The position numbers and the translations under genes were made by a program. A stretch of 64,000 nucleotides of DNA from a bacterium (GTDB lineage: Bacteria > Zhuqueibacterota > Zhuqueibacteria > Residuimicrobiales > Krinioviventaceae), in the NCBI GenBank assembly GCA_963674595.2, contig CAXXFV010000006.1:96001-160000 (forward strand), in the 5' to 3' direction. Positions 19,239 through 30,018 of this stretch are shown here, piece by piece (the stretch's first letter is position 1; each line of letters starts with the position of its first letter). The notes beneath the pieces were generated by a model, which did no database searches, was not told where the DNA came from, and saw only the letters and a program-made list of their open reading frames with translations.

Positions 19239-19518
19239 CAGATGTCAGGCTTTTGTTTTGTAAAAATAAAAAACAGGTTTTAATTGAAAGACAGGCTGTT
19301 GGCTCATCAACAAATTTAGTACCATTAACCATGTCTGTAGAGTATGAATGAAGAGTTCTTTAGGGTGATTTTTTGCCGGATTCCTGCTGGGAACCCGGCA
19401 TTCAGTTCAAACCTGTTAGACCATATCAGAATACATGACAGTCATTTAAAGAGAATTTGAGACTCTGAGCGATTACAGGTGTTTTTATTCTAAAGTAACC
19501 ACAGTAGTTAAAGCTCTT

Positions 19519-20040
19519 TTACTTGCCCTGTTCGTCTACCCATGATTCATGGGAATGTATAATCTGCCAGTCCTCCGAACTATTTTTCCAGATCATAGTA
19601 AAAACATGCTTGTATTGAGCCGTTTCACCACTTTTTAACTTCATATCAACCTGCTCTTGACTGGTGAGTAGTGCCGTGTCCGCTCCAAGCGGGACGACTT
19701 GTACATCACGCAATTCCAAGTGCTGGCTTTCTCTCATGGCAAAGTTGGATGTGATCGCCTGTATCCAGTCATTTCGTTGGGCAAAAAAGACTGCCCCTGC
19801 GACGCTGGACGCAAACTCGTCTTTGCTGTAAAACTTTTCCCAGGCGGCGACATCATTTTTATTGATTGCGGCAATAAGCTGAGTGAACCTATCAGTTATT
19901 TTTTTTACGATGTCCGTTTTATCAAGGTCGGTAGATGTTTTCATGATAATCTCCTTTCCTGTGTTCTGGGGCGTTTCAGCATACACGGAAAGCCCGCAAA
20001 CCACTGTTGTTATTAAAGTCATCAGCATTATCTTTTTCAT
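19519..20040 (-). CDS. NTF2-like / SnoaL-DUF4440 family secreted protein
   Basis: Start set at MKKIM (20040, AGGAG RBS). 'VQVVPLGADTALLT...FTMIWK...WQIIHSHES'. Confidence 0.8.
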   Translation of the reverse strand: MKKIMLMTLITTVVCGLSVYAETPQNTGKEIIMKTSTDLDKTDIVKKITDRFTQLIAAINKNDVAAWEKFYSKDEFASSVAGAVFFAQRNDWIQAITSNFAMRESQHLELRDVQVVPLGADTALLTSQEQVDMKLKSGETAQYKHVFTMIWKNSSEDWQIIHSHESWVDEQGK

Positions 20041-20405
20041 AACATTAACTCCTTTCTCATCAACAGTACGTCTGTGATTTTTTTGTTTTAATGGTACATC
20101 TTTACAAGGTGATACGGGATTGTCTCTCGGGAGAACCATCAAACCGTTTAATTCTTTACCAACTGTACATCTCAAATATCATTATTTTTAAGTAATATAG
20201 ATACTACCAAAACGAGCTGTTTATAAATAAATTGAATTTAATTGTCCTTCTGATCAGTCATTCATGTCGTCGGTTTCAAGCGTGTTAAAGCGAGTATTCA
20301 GCTCGACAGTCACAAAGTATGCCAGTAGCCATTCTCGCCGTATGATTTTATTTGATGCCGCCAGGTCCGAAAGAAAGAGTGTCCGCTGGAGAGATGTATT
20401 CGCCG

Positions 20406-21524
20406 TTATTTTATATAAAGCACTTTTTGTACCTGGTTTGTTTCACTGGTTTGCAAATGTATTAAATAGAGGCCGGCCGAGACCTCGTTTCCTTCATTAT
20501 CGCGGCCATTCCAAGAAAGCCCATAATTCCCTGCATTTTGCACACCGCCGGCCAGGGTCTTGACCTTCCGCCCAAGAATGTCAAAAACAGCTATCTCTGC
20601 ATATGCGGTTTTATGTAAATTATAACTAATGTTTGTTTGCGGATTAAACGGATTTGGATAGGCTTGCTCCAGGTGTGTTGTGGCTGGCATTACATCTTGA
20701 TTCATCTCCAAAGACAAAGAAGATAAAACCGTCACTTTTCCATCCATACTAACATCTGAAAGGCGATAAGAATACAATTGGTTCATGGTCACATTTACAT
20801 CGGAAAAAGAATACTTTTTCCTTGTTGAAGCTGAACCTCTTCCCTTTAAATCCTTGCATGTTTCATACGAAGCAATGGTCACCCAATCCGAATGGCTGTT
20901 ACATCGTTCCAGGATAAAACCCAGGTTATTGGTTTCACTTTCCGTGATCCATTCCAAAGAGATAGCCAGATTTTCAATAAAAGCATTAAATGAAGTCAGG
21001 CTAACAGGCAGCGAAGCATCGTTAAAGGTTATTGTATCAAATCCAAATCCAGATAATGACTCATATTTGGTTACAGTGAATGATGTCACACCTGTCCAGT
21101 TCAGTGTCACGGTTTTGCCTTCCCCTGCATCAAAATTATCGTATACAATTGAATTTGATCCTCCCGTAGGCGTATAAACCCATAGTAGTGAGCCACCCGA
21201 AAAATAGCCTTCAACCGCATAAATTGTAGAAATGTCGACTGCATCGCTAAAAGTAAATGTTATTTCCAAAACATTATATGAAGCCGCAACAATAATTCCA
21301 CTGGATCCCTTAGCTCCGCCTGCATTCATTATGCCAATACCGCCTTCACCTTCTGTGGGTTCACCTGACACAGTAACTGTAATAAGATCAACTGTTTCTT
21401 GAACAGTTTCACCAACCATTTCTGCTGTTTCCCACGTAAAATAACTTTGGGCATTCAAATTTTGTACAGCACTCTGGGTAATGACAGAACATAAAACCAG
21501 TAAAATTTTAACAGTCTTTTGCAC
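20406..21524 (-). CDS. Secreted protein with 'LPVSLTSF' Ig-like domain and T9SS-type C-terminal sorting domain
   Basis: Signal peptide; 'LPVSLTSF..LEWITESETNNLGFILER'; 'QAYPNPFNPQT..FDILGRKVKTL..SAGLYL'. Confidence 0.8.
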   Translation of the reverse strand: MQKTVKILLVLCSVITQSAVQNLNAQSYFTWETAEMVGETVQETVDLITVTVSGEPTEGEGGIGIMNAGGAKGSSGIIVAASYNVLEITFTFSDAVDISTIYAVEGYFSGGSLLWVYTPTGGSNSIVYDNFDAGEGKTVTLNWTGVTSFTVTKYESLSGFGFDTITFNDASLPVSLTSFNAFIENLAISLEWITESETNNLGFILERCNSHSDWVTIASYETCKDLKGRGSASTRKKYSFSDVNVTMNQLYSYRLSDVSMDGKVTVLSSLSLEMNQDVMPATTHLEQAYPNPFNPQTNISYNLHKTAYAEIAVFDILGRKVKTLAGGVQNAGNYGLSWNGRDNEGNEVSAGLYLIHLQTSETNQVQKVLYIK

Positions 21525-21899
21525 AGATTTCTCCTTCTCCTTGTTGAGCAGGATTAATTTATTATGATGAGATTGGCTATAGCTTGCCGTTAATTGATAG
21601 TATGGTGCTCTGAAGGGTGAAGTGACATATATTCCCGATTCCGGCTTTGAGAATTTATTCGAGATTGATCAGTATTATTTTGATAATGGTTTGCTAAATG
21701 AATCAGGTAAAGAACATTTTTGATAGATTTTTGTGTCGCCATTTTCCTGTCATTTTATAATTTATCATATCATTCATTGACAGATAGTCGGATGCGCCTG
21801 CATAACGTTTTCGTATGACTTGCCGGCTCTATTGCTTAAGTTTGATTAGCATGAGGTTGATAAATGTAAAAAATAAAGGGATAAATAAAAAATTATGGT

Positions 21900-21923
21900 T
21901 GTCTCATTTTTAAAAATGGAACA
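21900..21923. promoter_or_regulatory. Imperfect 24-bp palindrome, candidate operator for the adjacent AraC regulator
   Basis: TGTCTCATTTTTAAAAATGGAACA (dyad with 2 mismatched pairs), 7 bp past the AraC stop and upstream of the 20406..21524 gene. Confidence 0.45.
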
Positions 21924-21930
21924 TTTTGAT

Positions 21931-23139
21931 CTACAATAGGGTGTGTTTTGTCATATAGTTGCGTGGAGAGATACCTTCGAATTTTTTAAAGGCGTTATAA
22001 AAAGTGCTGCGGCTGGAAAAACCTGAGGACTTGCCAATCCCCTCGAGAGAGAGTTCAGATCCTTTACCGATGGCAATCATTTTTTTTGCATGTTCAATCC
22101 GCCATTGATTGCGGTAATCATTAAAGGATTGTTTTTTTATGTACCTGAAATAGTAGGACAAGTGGTGCGTTGGTATATTACAAATTTTTGATAAAAGGTT
22201 CAGATTGCAGTCCGGCTGCAGGTAGGATTTATGTGTTTCCATACAGGATTCGGCATTCTGTCCTATCCGGTTCAGATAATCGGATTCAAATGCCGGACTT
22301 TTATTTTCATCAACCGGACTAGACGCCAAAGCCTCAGTACTGACACTGACGGTATGCAATGGCTCTGCGGTGACAGGATATCGTGGCAGACCGTAGAGTA
22401 CAGCCGGAAAAAAAAAGGGTGAGATCAATAATCCTGCCAGTCCGATTCCTGATAACAATTGCAGGAGGTTGAGACTGTAAAAAAGAACAGTATTTTTAAT
22501 GATAAAGCTTTGCGCAAGATGCAGGGTATGGCAAATAGTCAGGATGAATATAAATCCCAGCAAAAGTGTAAGCCATTTGATCATGAAACGCTGACAGGAC
22601 AATATGGTGGAAGAATTTTTTCGGTTCAAGTTTTTGCTCAATAATACAACAGCCCCAACAGTATACGCTAAAACCAGTACAGGCCGGCTCAGGTATATAA
22701 TTGGTTTGGGAATGGCATGAAATAAAAAATAGGAATCAAAAAGTTTCACGAATTGCCTGCTTTCAATTAATCGATAAGCTATTTCTTTTTTGAATGCCCA
22801 TGGCGTGAGCATATAGGAAAGTGTTCCGATAAAAAATATCATCATGGGGAGCAGATGCAGCAGGTCGCTTTTTTTCAAACGAAGTGAATCCGTTAACAGA
22901 CTGCGTACATACAGAAACAAAACCGGACCGATCAAATAGGTCAGAAAACCGACATTGATGAAAACAATGCTGACAAGCCATATTGATTTTGAATAGAAAA
23001 CGGCATATTCTATCAGAGCATAAAGACCCACCAGAAAAAAGAAAGCACCCAGAAAGATAGAAAAATAGGATTTCCGTGCATTGAAAGAGACAAGAATGAC
23101 AGACAGGATGATTCCAAGTAGTGAAAATGATAACAGCAT
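21931..23139 (-). CDS. Membrane-anchored (multi-TM) AraC-family transcriptional regulator
   Basis: About 6-7 hydrophobic segments, then 'SFNDYRNQWRIEHAK..SLEGIGKSSGFSSRSTFYNAFKKFEGISP' HTH. Confidence 0.9.
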   Translation of the reverse strand: MLLSFSLLGIILSVILVSFNARKSYFSIFLGAFFFLVGLYALIEYAVFYSKSIWLVSIVFINVGFLTYLIGPVLFLYVRSLLTDSLRLKKSDLLHLLPMMIFFIGTLSYMLTPWAFKKEIAYRLIESRQFVKLFDSYFLFHAIPKPIIYLSRPVLVLAYTVGAVVLLSKNLNRKNSSTILSCQRFMIKWLTLLLGFIFILTICHTLHLAQSFIIKNTVLFYSLNLLQLLSGIGLAGLLISPFFFPAVLYGLPRYPVTAEPLHTVSVSTEALASSPVDENKSPAFESDYLNRIGQNAESCMETHKSYLQPDCNLNLLSKICNIPTHHLSYYFRYIKKQSFNDYRNQWRIEHAKKMIAIGKGSELSLEGIGKSSGFSSRSTFYNAFKKFEGISPRNYMTKHTLL

Positions 23140-23373
23140 ATATATTTACAAGTGTTAATGCATTTGAAAATTTATCGAGAATTTGACAAATACAGATTAG
23201 TAAAACTTTCTTTTAAAAGCAAGAGACAATATTATTATAAAAAAGACAGGCATTTAGCAACCTGTTCTATTCTTATTCACTTTACCCATTAAAGAATCAA
23301 CGAAAAAATATATTTTCTTACAAGTTTTTCAGTGTTGATAATGGAGCGGCTCGGTATAATCGGCACCCTGCAT

Positions 23374-23556
23374 CTGAATTATAGGAAAAAGACAAGGATA
23401 TATTTCATAGTCAGTTTCTCCGTTTTAAGGGAATTATTATATTCTGTTTGAGGCTGTGTGGGATTATTTTCAATTAAAAGATTGTGTTAATAACTTTTAA
23501 AATTAATAAAAAGGCGGTGCTGAATTATTTCAAGTTTTGGTGTGGTTGGTTGGTTG
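23374..23556 (-). repeat. ~183-bp direct repeat, copy B (contains a truncated copy of the sialidase start, MKYILVFFL*)
   Basis: ATG at 23408 followed by AAA TAT ATC CTT GTC TTT TTC CTA TAA, versus MKYFLVFFLQ in copy A. Confidence 0.9.
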
Positions 23557-23562
23557 TTAAAA

Positions 23563-24561
23563 CTAGAATTTTTGTTTAGATAACTTTTCAAGCTCAGCGA
23601 GTATACAATAAAACTTAAATTCACCAAGTGACAAGTCTTCAATGCAGATATTTTTTTTGGGTTTATACCAGCTCTTGTTCAAATATTCATTTAACAATTT
23701 TTCATTTTGAAAAATGTAACCTTTGCGTGCAAGTATTTCATTTTTCATATCATAAAGTTGTTCTTTAGTTTGTTTTTGACACTTTAATAAGGATGTAATG
23801 TATTCCTTGAACTTGTCAATATATGCTGAATTATAATCTATAAATGAAATGGATAACATTTCATCTTTTTTCGGCAGGTAATTCTGAAATGAGTATATGG
23901 TCGTATTTTCATTGTATTGTACATTAATACCCGGACGTGAAATTTTTTGAAAAAAACGTCTGCTATCCCAGTCAGGAGATAATTCATAATAACATTTGGT
24001 TACAAAATTTGTGGATAAATAGTTTGTGTGATCAAATATAATTTTGCCGTAACCAATAGAATCTGCCCACGTATTTCCTGTTCCAATTAAATAGGTAAAA
24101 TATAGTGTCGGTGAAAATCCATCCTCACCCCAATAACCGGTATAACCCACTTCAACTATTGTTGTGTCATTCGCCGCAAAGTCCATTTCCCAGTAGTACC
24201 AGGGTCTTTTAAAAGTACGAGATACTATCTTTTTTTTTATTGTTTTTGTCTTGACCTTAATCTTTTGACTATTAACTTTGCACCAAAAGTTACTGATCTC
24301 AAGACTAGAATTTAGCCCACAATTACTGTCTGCGGGAAAACCAACTTTTTCTCTGGATTTTTTGTCGTTGTTATACATCCAAAATTTGGCATACACATTT
24401 ATTTCATTTTCTTTTAATGTGATATATACATATTCTCGGCTCATACTAATATTAGTATTTTTGGTCGGATATATGTTGCCCTGCCTGGAATCTAAATTAC
24501 CAATATCGCCGTAAGCTGTCTTAAAAATCAGGAAAATTGTTAAAATGAAATATGGTTTCAA
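23563..24561 (-). CDS. Secreted DUF4424-like protein with C-terminal YARHG-like domain
   Basis: 'NISMSREYVYI', 'YLIGTGNTWADSIG' and 'MKNEILARKGYIF..KSWYKP'. Confidence 0.65.
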   Translation of the reverse strand: MKPYFILTIFLIFKTAYGDIGNLDSRQGNIYPTKNTNISMSREYVYITLKENEINVYAKFWMYNNDKKSREKVGFPADSNCGLNSSLEISNFWCKVNSQKIKVKTKTIKKKIVSRTFKRPWYYWEMDFAANDTTIVEVGYTGYWGEDGFSPTLYFTYLIGTGNTWADSIGYGKIIFDHTNYLSTNFVTKCYYELSPDWDSRRFFQKISRPGINVQYNENTTIYSFQNYLPKKDEMLSISFIDYNSAYIDKFKEYITSLLKCQKQTKEQLYDMKNEILARKGYIFQNEKLLNEYLNKSWYKPKKNICIEDLSLGEFKFYCILAELEKLSKQKF

Positions 24562-24656
24562 AATACTTTCATGTGGTTGATTGGATAATTAGTCGGATAA
24601 TCCATCGATCTAAATTATTTCAAGTTCTTTTTGAAACCTGGATTATACAATTCTTA

Positions 24657-25019
24657 CTACTTGAAAATATATTCCACTTCTGTTGCATTATATTTTCTAA
24701 ATAGACTAATAATATTTACTACATAAAATACATCAGAATTGTTATCTACTTTGAATTTAATTTTTTTTCCATGAAAAATATCAGATAATTCTTCTAATTC
24801 TCTTTCCGTACCATTTAAAAATATATTGTTATTTTTAAGCTCCAGATAAATATCAGGGGCACTTGTTCTAATATTTTTATAAGGAAAATTAAGCCCTAAC
24901 TGATACGGTTTTATCTTCATATCAATTTCAGGCCGTGCAATGAAAAATAGTGTTAGATGTTTTTGATGTTTTTCCGAAATTTTATAAGTTGGACCAATAA
25001 TATTCCATAAATTTTTCAC
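24657..25019 (-). CDS. Hypothetical protein with weak ExbD/TolR-like C-terminal region
   Basis: 120 aa; 'IYLELKNNNIFLNG..LEEL..KFKVD..VVNIISLFRK'; start overlaps the upstream stop (ATGA). Confidence 0.5.
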   Translation of the reverse strand: MKNLWNIIGPTYKISEKHQKHLTLFFIARPEIDMKIKPYQLGLNFPYKNIRTSAPDIYLELKNNNIFLNGTERELEELSDIFHGKKIKFKVDNNSDVFYVVNIISLFRKYNATEVEYIFK

Positions 25020-25735
25020 AAAAGTTCTTGATCAGCTTCTATAAACAGGCAAATACTAACATTGTTAATAAATAACGAATCAATTGTATTGTATAAATCC
25101 TCCGCTACTATTAATTTGTCCCTTAATGCAAGTCTATGTTCGATATCAATATCTATAGTGAGATATTTATCTGCCTCTATAGGACGCTCTAAATAAGGTA
25201 AAGTTAATGTTCTAATTGTTAGTCCAAAATATTTTAATAAACCATACTGATTTTGGTGGAATTTTTTTTCTATTCTTGGTAATGTATAATATAGCATTAG
25301 TTCAATATATTTATCAGAATTCATTTTTGCGATTTGTGAAATGATATGAACATCTTGTGTATCCGGAATTAATACAAACAGACCTGAACCTATTATTACA
25401 TTTCGGATGTCTGTACTTTTAATTTTTTCGTATAGTATTTTTTTTGCACACTTTATTTCATCTGAATTGATGAAATCCGGATCAGAATATAATTTTTGAA
25501 TTAATTCCGACCAAACAGGCAATTCTCCTTCAATCATAATATATCGAAGTTCGGAAATGATCACATCTAATAAAGTGTAGGGACTTGTATGATACTTGTC
25601 ATCTTTTGGTTTATCTTTTATATAATTTTCAAATTCGACTGATAATGATTTTTTTAAATTTTGAGCTTCAGAAGCACTATTTAACAGAATTAAACAAATA
25701 ATGGTCAGGATTATAGAATTATGATATGTTTTCAT
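25016..25735 (-). CDS. Hypothetical secreted protein
   Basis: 239-aa AT-rich ORF with a signal peptide ending SEAQ. Confidence 0.65.
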   Translation of the reverse strand: MKTYHNSIILTIICLILLNSASEAQNLKKSLSVEFENYIKDKPKDDKYHTSPYTLLDVIISELRYIMIEGELPVWSELIQKLYSDPDFINSDEIKCAKKILYEKIKSTDIRNVIIGSGLFVLIPDTQDVHIISQIAKMNSDKYIELMLYYTLPRIEKKFHQNQYGLLKYFGLTIRTLTLPYLERPIEADKYLTIDIDIEHRLALRDKLIVAEDLYNTIDSLFINNVSICLFIEADQELL

Positions 25736-25905
25736 GTTTTATGCCTTTGGTATAGCATTTAGTTCAGTTATAAGCAGGTTATTTGCCCACCATTTAATTG
25801 TTATTAATCTTTAAGGATAATCAAAACCAAAGATTGATAGAATACTTTTTGCAGAGTATTCTTTTTATACAACATAGTTATTAACTCAGCCCTAAAATTC
25901 TCCCA

Positions 25906-27492
25906 TTAATTGCCCTGGTATTCAAAATAATCGAACCTGGCCGGTTCCTGACAATCCTTGCCTTTGCCTGTGGCGTAAAGTCCGACATATACGCCTGTGA
26001 ATCCGCCGACTGTTTCCGTACTCAGGAACCTGGAATCAACCTGTTCGATATGAACATAATCTCCTCCCTGGGAACAGGAGAAGGTAAAAGAGGTCGTTTC
26101 GCCTGTAATCCTCAGGTTAACGGGTCCGGGTTTGAGTATAAACTCTTTGGACCGGTAGGTAATTGAACCAAAATGCAGCTCAGCGTAGATTATCCGCTCT
26201 TTGCCTGATTTTTTAACAAACAAATCGAAATGCTGACCGTTATTCAGTAATATCAATCCGGCCTGTTCATTATCATTTTTCGGATTAAATTCAAGACTTG
26301 TCGTCGCTGTAAAATTCATGTGCTGTAATCTTTTGCCGATAAACGCCGGTGTTCCTTTATCGCCGATTTGTTGTGCCAATCCATTTAGATATAAAACACC
26401 GTCTTTAATATGATAAAATAACTGTTCTTTTTTCAGGGGCTGGATAATGTTCCAGTCCAATGCCAGCTTTTGATTATCAAACTCATCTCTTGCCGGTTTT
26501 TGGGGAAAGGGTTGTAACGGCAGTGTCGGACAGGTCATATCAATTGTTACGGTACCGTTGCCGTTAACAACGGGCCAGCCGTTTTTTGGCCAGGTTACCG
26601 GTGCCAGACAGGTTTCGCGGCCTAAAATATGGTGAAAAGGGTATCCAAGCGATTTTCGGTAACCATGAAAAATCATCCACCATGAGCCGTCATGCGCCTG
26701 AACCAGGTCGGCATGTCCGACCCCTTGAATAGGATTATTTTGTCCGGCTGCATTGGCATGTGCCAAAATCGGATTCGAAGGATTTTTCGTATAGGGTCCC
26801 CAAATTGTATTACTTTTAGCAATGGTTTCACAATGCGCTTCTTCGGTACCGCCTTCGGCCGCCATGAGGTAGTAATAGCCGTCTTTTTTATAAATGCGGG
26901 GACCTTCGGCGTATCGTCCGCCTGTTCCGAACCATAATTTCCGTCCTTCAGTCAGCAATTCGCCGGTTTGTAAATTGATTTCATATAATATAAATTTGGA
27001 AGAGATCACATAGGTTTTTCCATCCTCATCAAAAAACAATTCCGGATCAATACCGGGAATATCAATCCATACCGGATTTGACCAGGGCCCGGCCGGATCG
27101 GTCGCTGTGATATAAAAATTGCCGCCTTTGCCGACATTGGTTGTGATCATGTAATAAATGCCGTTATGATAACGGATTGTAGCGGCATAAATATTTAATC
27201 CATCCGGCATTTGTTCGGCACGGTCAATACAATAACCGATTTGCTGCCAGTTTACCAGGTCTTTACTGTGAAAAACCGGCACACCGGGAAAATATTCAAA
27301 GGTACTGGTAACCAGATAATAGTCATCTCCAACCCGGCATACGCTAGGATCAGAATAAAAGCCGGGTATGACCGGATTATGAAAAGTGATTTTTTCATTG
27401 GGGGCCGTTTTAACGGCAAAAGGATTGTTATGAACTTGAGCATGAATCGTCATGTTAAAAACCAGTAATAATATTAATATGTTATTTTTCAT
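25906..27492 (-). CDS. Glycoside hydrolase family 43 (beta-xylosidase/arabinofuranosidase) with C-terminal concanavalin-like domain
   Basis: 'NPVIPGFYSDPSVCRVGDDYYLVTSTFEYFPGVP', 'GIDP', 'AEGP', 'AEGGT', 'GHADLV', 'LGRET' and 'GGFTG'. Confidence 0.93.
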   Translation of the reverse strand: MKNNILILLLVFNMTIHAQVHNNPFAVKTAPNEKITFHNPVIPGFYSDPSVCRVGDDYYLVTSTFEYFPGVPVFHSKDLVNWQQIGYCIDRAEQMPDGLNIYAATIRYHNGIYYMITTNVGKGGNFYITATDPAGPWSNPVWIDIPGIDPELFFDEDGKTYVISSKFILYEINLQTGELLTEGRKLWFGTGGRYAEGPRIYKKDGYYYLMAAEGGTEEAHCETIAKSNTIWGPYTKNPSNPILAHANAAGQNNPIQGVGHADLVQAHDGSWWMIFHGYRKSLGYPFHHILGRETCLAPVTWPKNGWPVVNGNGTVTIDMTCPTLPLQPFPQKPARDEFDNQKLALDWNIIQPLKKEQLFYHIKDGVLYLNGLAQQIGDKGTPAFIGKRLQHMNFTATTSLEFNPKNDNEQAGLILLNNGQHFDLFVKKSGKERIIYAELHFGSITYRSKEFILKPGPVNLRITGETTSFTFSCSQGGDYVHIEQVDSRFLSTETVGGFTGVYVGLYATGKGKDCQEPARFDYFEYQGN

Positions 27493-27661
27493 TATTTACT
27501 TTTTTCTCATTTGTGATAATAATACCCGTGTTTTAAGTTTTGGCCATTCTGAATGCAAATCTAGAATAATGTCAAATAAATAGTACGAACTATGAGAAAA
27601 CATAGCAAGAGATTTTTGTAAAATAGTTGTGCAAAAGGAGGGAGGCCCCCATTGACAATTT

Positions 27662-29666
27662 TTATTTTAAAAGTAAACATTTTTTAGTAAACGTGTAATC
27701 AGAACTGGTGAAATGGATCAGATACAATCCGGACTGAACAGATTCACCCGCATTGTCCATTCCATCCCATTGAATTTTATGCGAACCGGCGTTAAAATGA
27801 TTTTCCGCCAGGCTGCGGATTTCCTGACCCAGCACATTATAAATGCTGATGTGCACCAGGTTGTCTGCTGGAATTTTAAATACAATAAAAGTTGATGAAT
27901 TGAATGGATTGGGATAGTTTTGTTCCAGTTCGCAGGAGGAGGATAATGATATTGGAGAACTGTTTGAAACGTCCGTTGTTATGGGTATAATATCTCCTTC
28001 TATTAAAACCGGTTCATATCCCAATTGTATTGTGAATTCGCCGTTCACTCCGGTAATCGTTTTTTCTTGTGGAACCGTGTTTAACGTGTCTGTAATAATA
28101 TGTATTAATTTTAAAGAATCAATATTATCTAAATTTTTAAATGTGACATATTCTCCGGTGGGATTGTTTCTATAGTCAAAGTCTGGCGGCGGTTCTCCGG
28201 TTTCACTCCATAATACGGAAAGGGGACCGGAAAGACGCTGGAATTTATAAAACCGGGTTCGCGGATCATCGCTTATTTTAAATTTTTCAACAGTTGTAAA
28301 ATCGCCCAGCATTTCAACAAGCAGTTTATAGGTATAGTAGCTTGGTTTTTCCGGATACCCTTGAGACCGCACGCCAATAAAATTGACCCAGCCGATACTA
28401 CCCAACAAATAGTTTCGAAATTCAGGAACATCATTCGTGCCGGATAAACATGCCCGTTCGGCACCTTCACCAAATGCCGTAACAAAAGATTTGACGACCT
28501 CTCTGGCATGGCGCGCATAATACCAGTTGGTTATTTCAGAATTTTCGTTGATCAATTCTGTTAATAACATGGCATGGGGATCATTACCCGTAAACAATGA
28601 ATTTGGAAAATCTCCATATATTTTTTTTGCCCAGTCGCTGCTTGAAGGCTGGTAGGCAGGTGCATTGAACTGGCAAAAACCGGGTATAGTCAGTCCAAAA
28701 TTATACCCTACACTGCTGATCGTCGTCCACATATCGTCTACATATATGGGTTTATCTCCTGCATGGTCATGAATAAAAGCAAACTCCTGGTCGATAATAC
28801 GCCAACCGAAATGAGGATGCCAACCGATATAATCACACTCGATGCCGTCTTCGTCGTTGCCAAAACTATCCAGCATTTTTTTAAGACTGTCCCAACCGGC
28901 CGTATAGGTGCTGCTGCGATAGTTTTCGCCATTCAATCGTTTTTTGGACTAAACTGTTTGGGTCCTGAGGATCAAATTCAGGATAATCGGGGAAATCTGC
29001 AAACAGATCAAACAAAATTGCCCCGGCAGACACAACCTTTGTATTGCCCGTGGGGTCTGCTTCTTGAATAGCCGTATAGGTAATCCGGTGAAGATGTAAA
29101 AGATTATCGATGGTGTCATACCAGTAGGGGCCCCACTCGGCGTCGCCTTTGCCGGAACCGCTGTACCGGATTTCACCCGAATATACATAAAACCGGATTG
29201 GATGGGTCAATCCTTCCATGTCATTGATTCCGTCGCCATCGTATCTTTCCACAACCGCTTTTATAAAATCTATCCAGTATTGTTCAAACGCAGAATCCGG
29301 GGCTGCTTCACCCACCTGAGGAATATCTTTATCGGGAAACGCCCATTGCGCATCGCAATTTAAATAGGGTGTAAGGGTAAAACCGTGTTTTTGAAACACC
29401 GTTACAATATCGTCCATCTTTTTAAAATTAATGGGATCAGAAGCGCCGGTTTGCATGTCGTTCCAGCTTGCCACACCATTTACGTTAATTCCGCCAGGTG
29501 TCCCCAGTTTTTCAAGTTTAGTGAGAAGGTGCTCTATGTGCGGATCATACCATGATAATCCGGCCTCATTCCATTCCAGCCCAAATCGCCAACTGACCTG
29601 AGCTTTGGCTGCCGGTAAAGCGATGAGCATTAAAGCCGTAAAAAGTAAAAATGCAGATTTTTTCAT
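27662..29666 (-). pseudogene. Secreted putative GH-A-clan hydrolase with T9SS-type C-terminal domain, split by a +1 frameshift in an A6 run (28940-28945)
   Basis: Removing one A joins 28881..29666 to 27662..28936 (LVQK|RLNGENY). 'VVERYDGDG..DM' N-terminal motif; C-terminal 'QNYPNPFN'. Confidence 0.75.
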
Positions 29667-30018
29667 ATTCGTCTCTCCAGAAATTTTGTTGTTCTACTTT
29701 TGAAGAGTCTGTCATATGAATTAGGCTAATAGTTTTAATAATAAAACATCAGGACGAAAACGTTTAATCCAAAACAATATCTTTACGAATGAGATCACAA
29801 CGCCCATGATAAGGATAAAGATACGGCTGCTGTTTCAAGTAATAGTCGAGATGTAATTATTATAAAAGAATTTTTTTTAAAGCTAAAAATTAATATAAAT
29901 GGGACAAATTGTTGACTTTTTCAAACCTGTTATCTTAACTATTTGCGTTGAGGTTGACTTTTTATTTATCCAAATTTTGTATTTTTTTTGCAACTCGGAA
30001 TTTTATCGAATAATTGAT

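Noticed and set aside
19375-19421. GC-rich hairpin GCCGGATTCC/GGAACCCGGC followed by GTTAGAC as a REP or plus-strand attC
   Set aside because: Single copy, and no matching RYYYAAC or L'' box upstream.
21800-21861. attC-like right half (minus strand GGCAAGTCATACGAAAAC-GTTATGC)
   Set aside because: It resembles an L'-R' end, but the left half does not pair convincingly; too degenerate to call.
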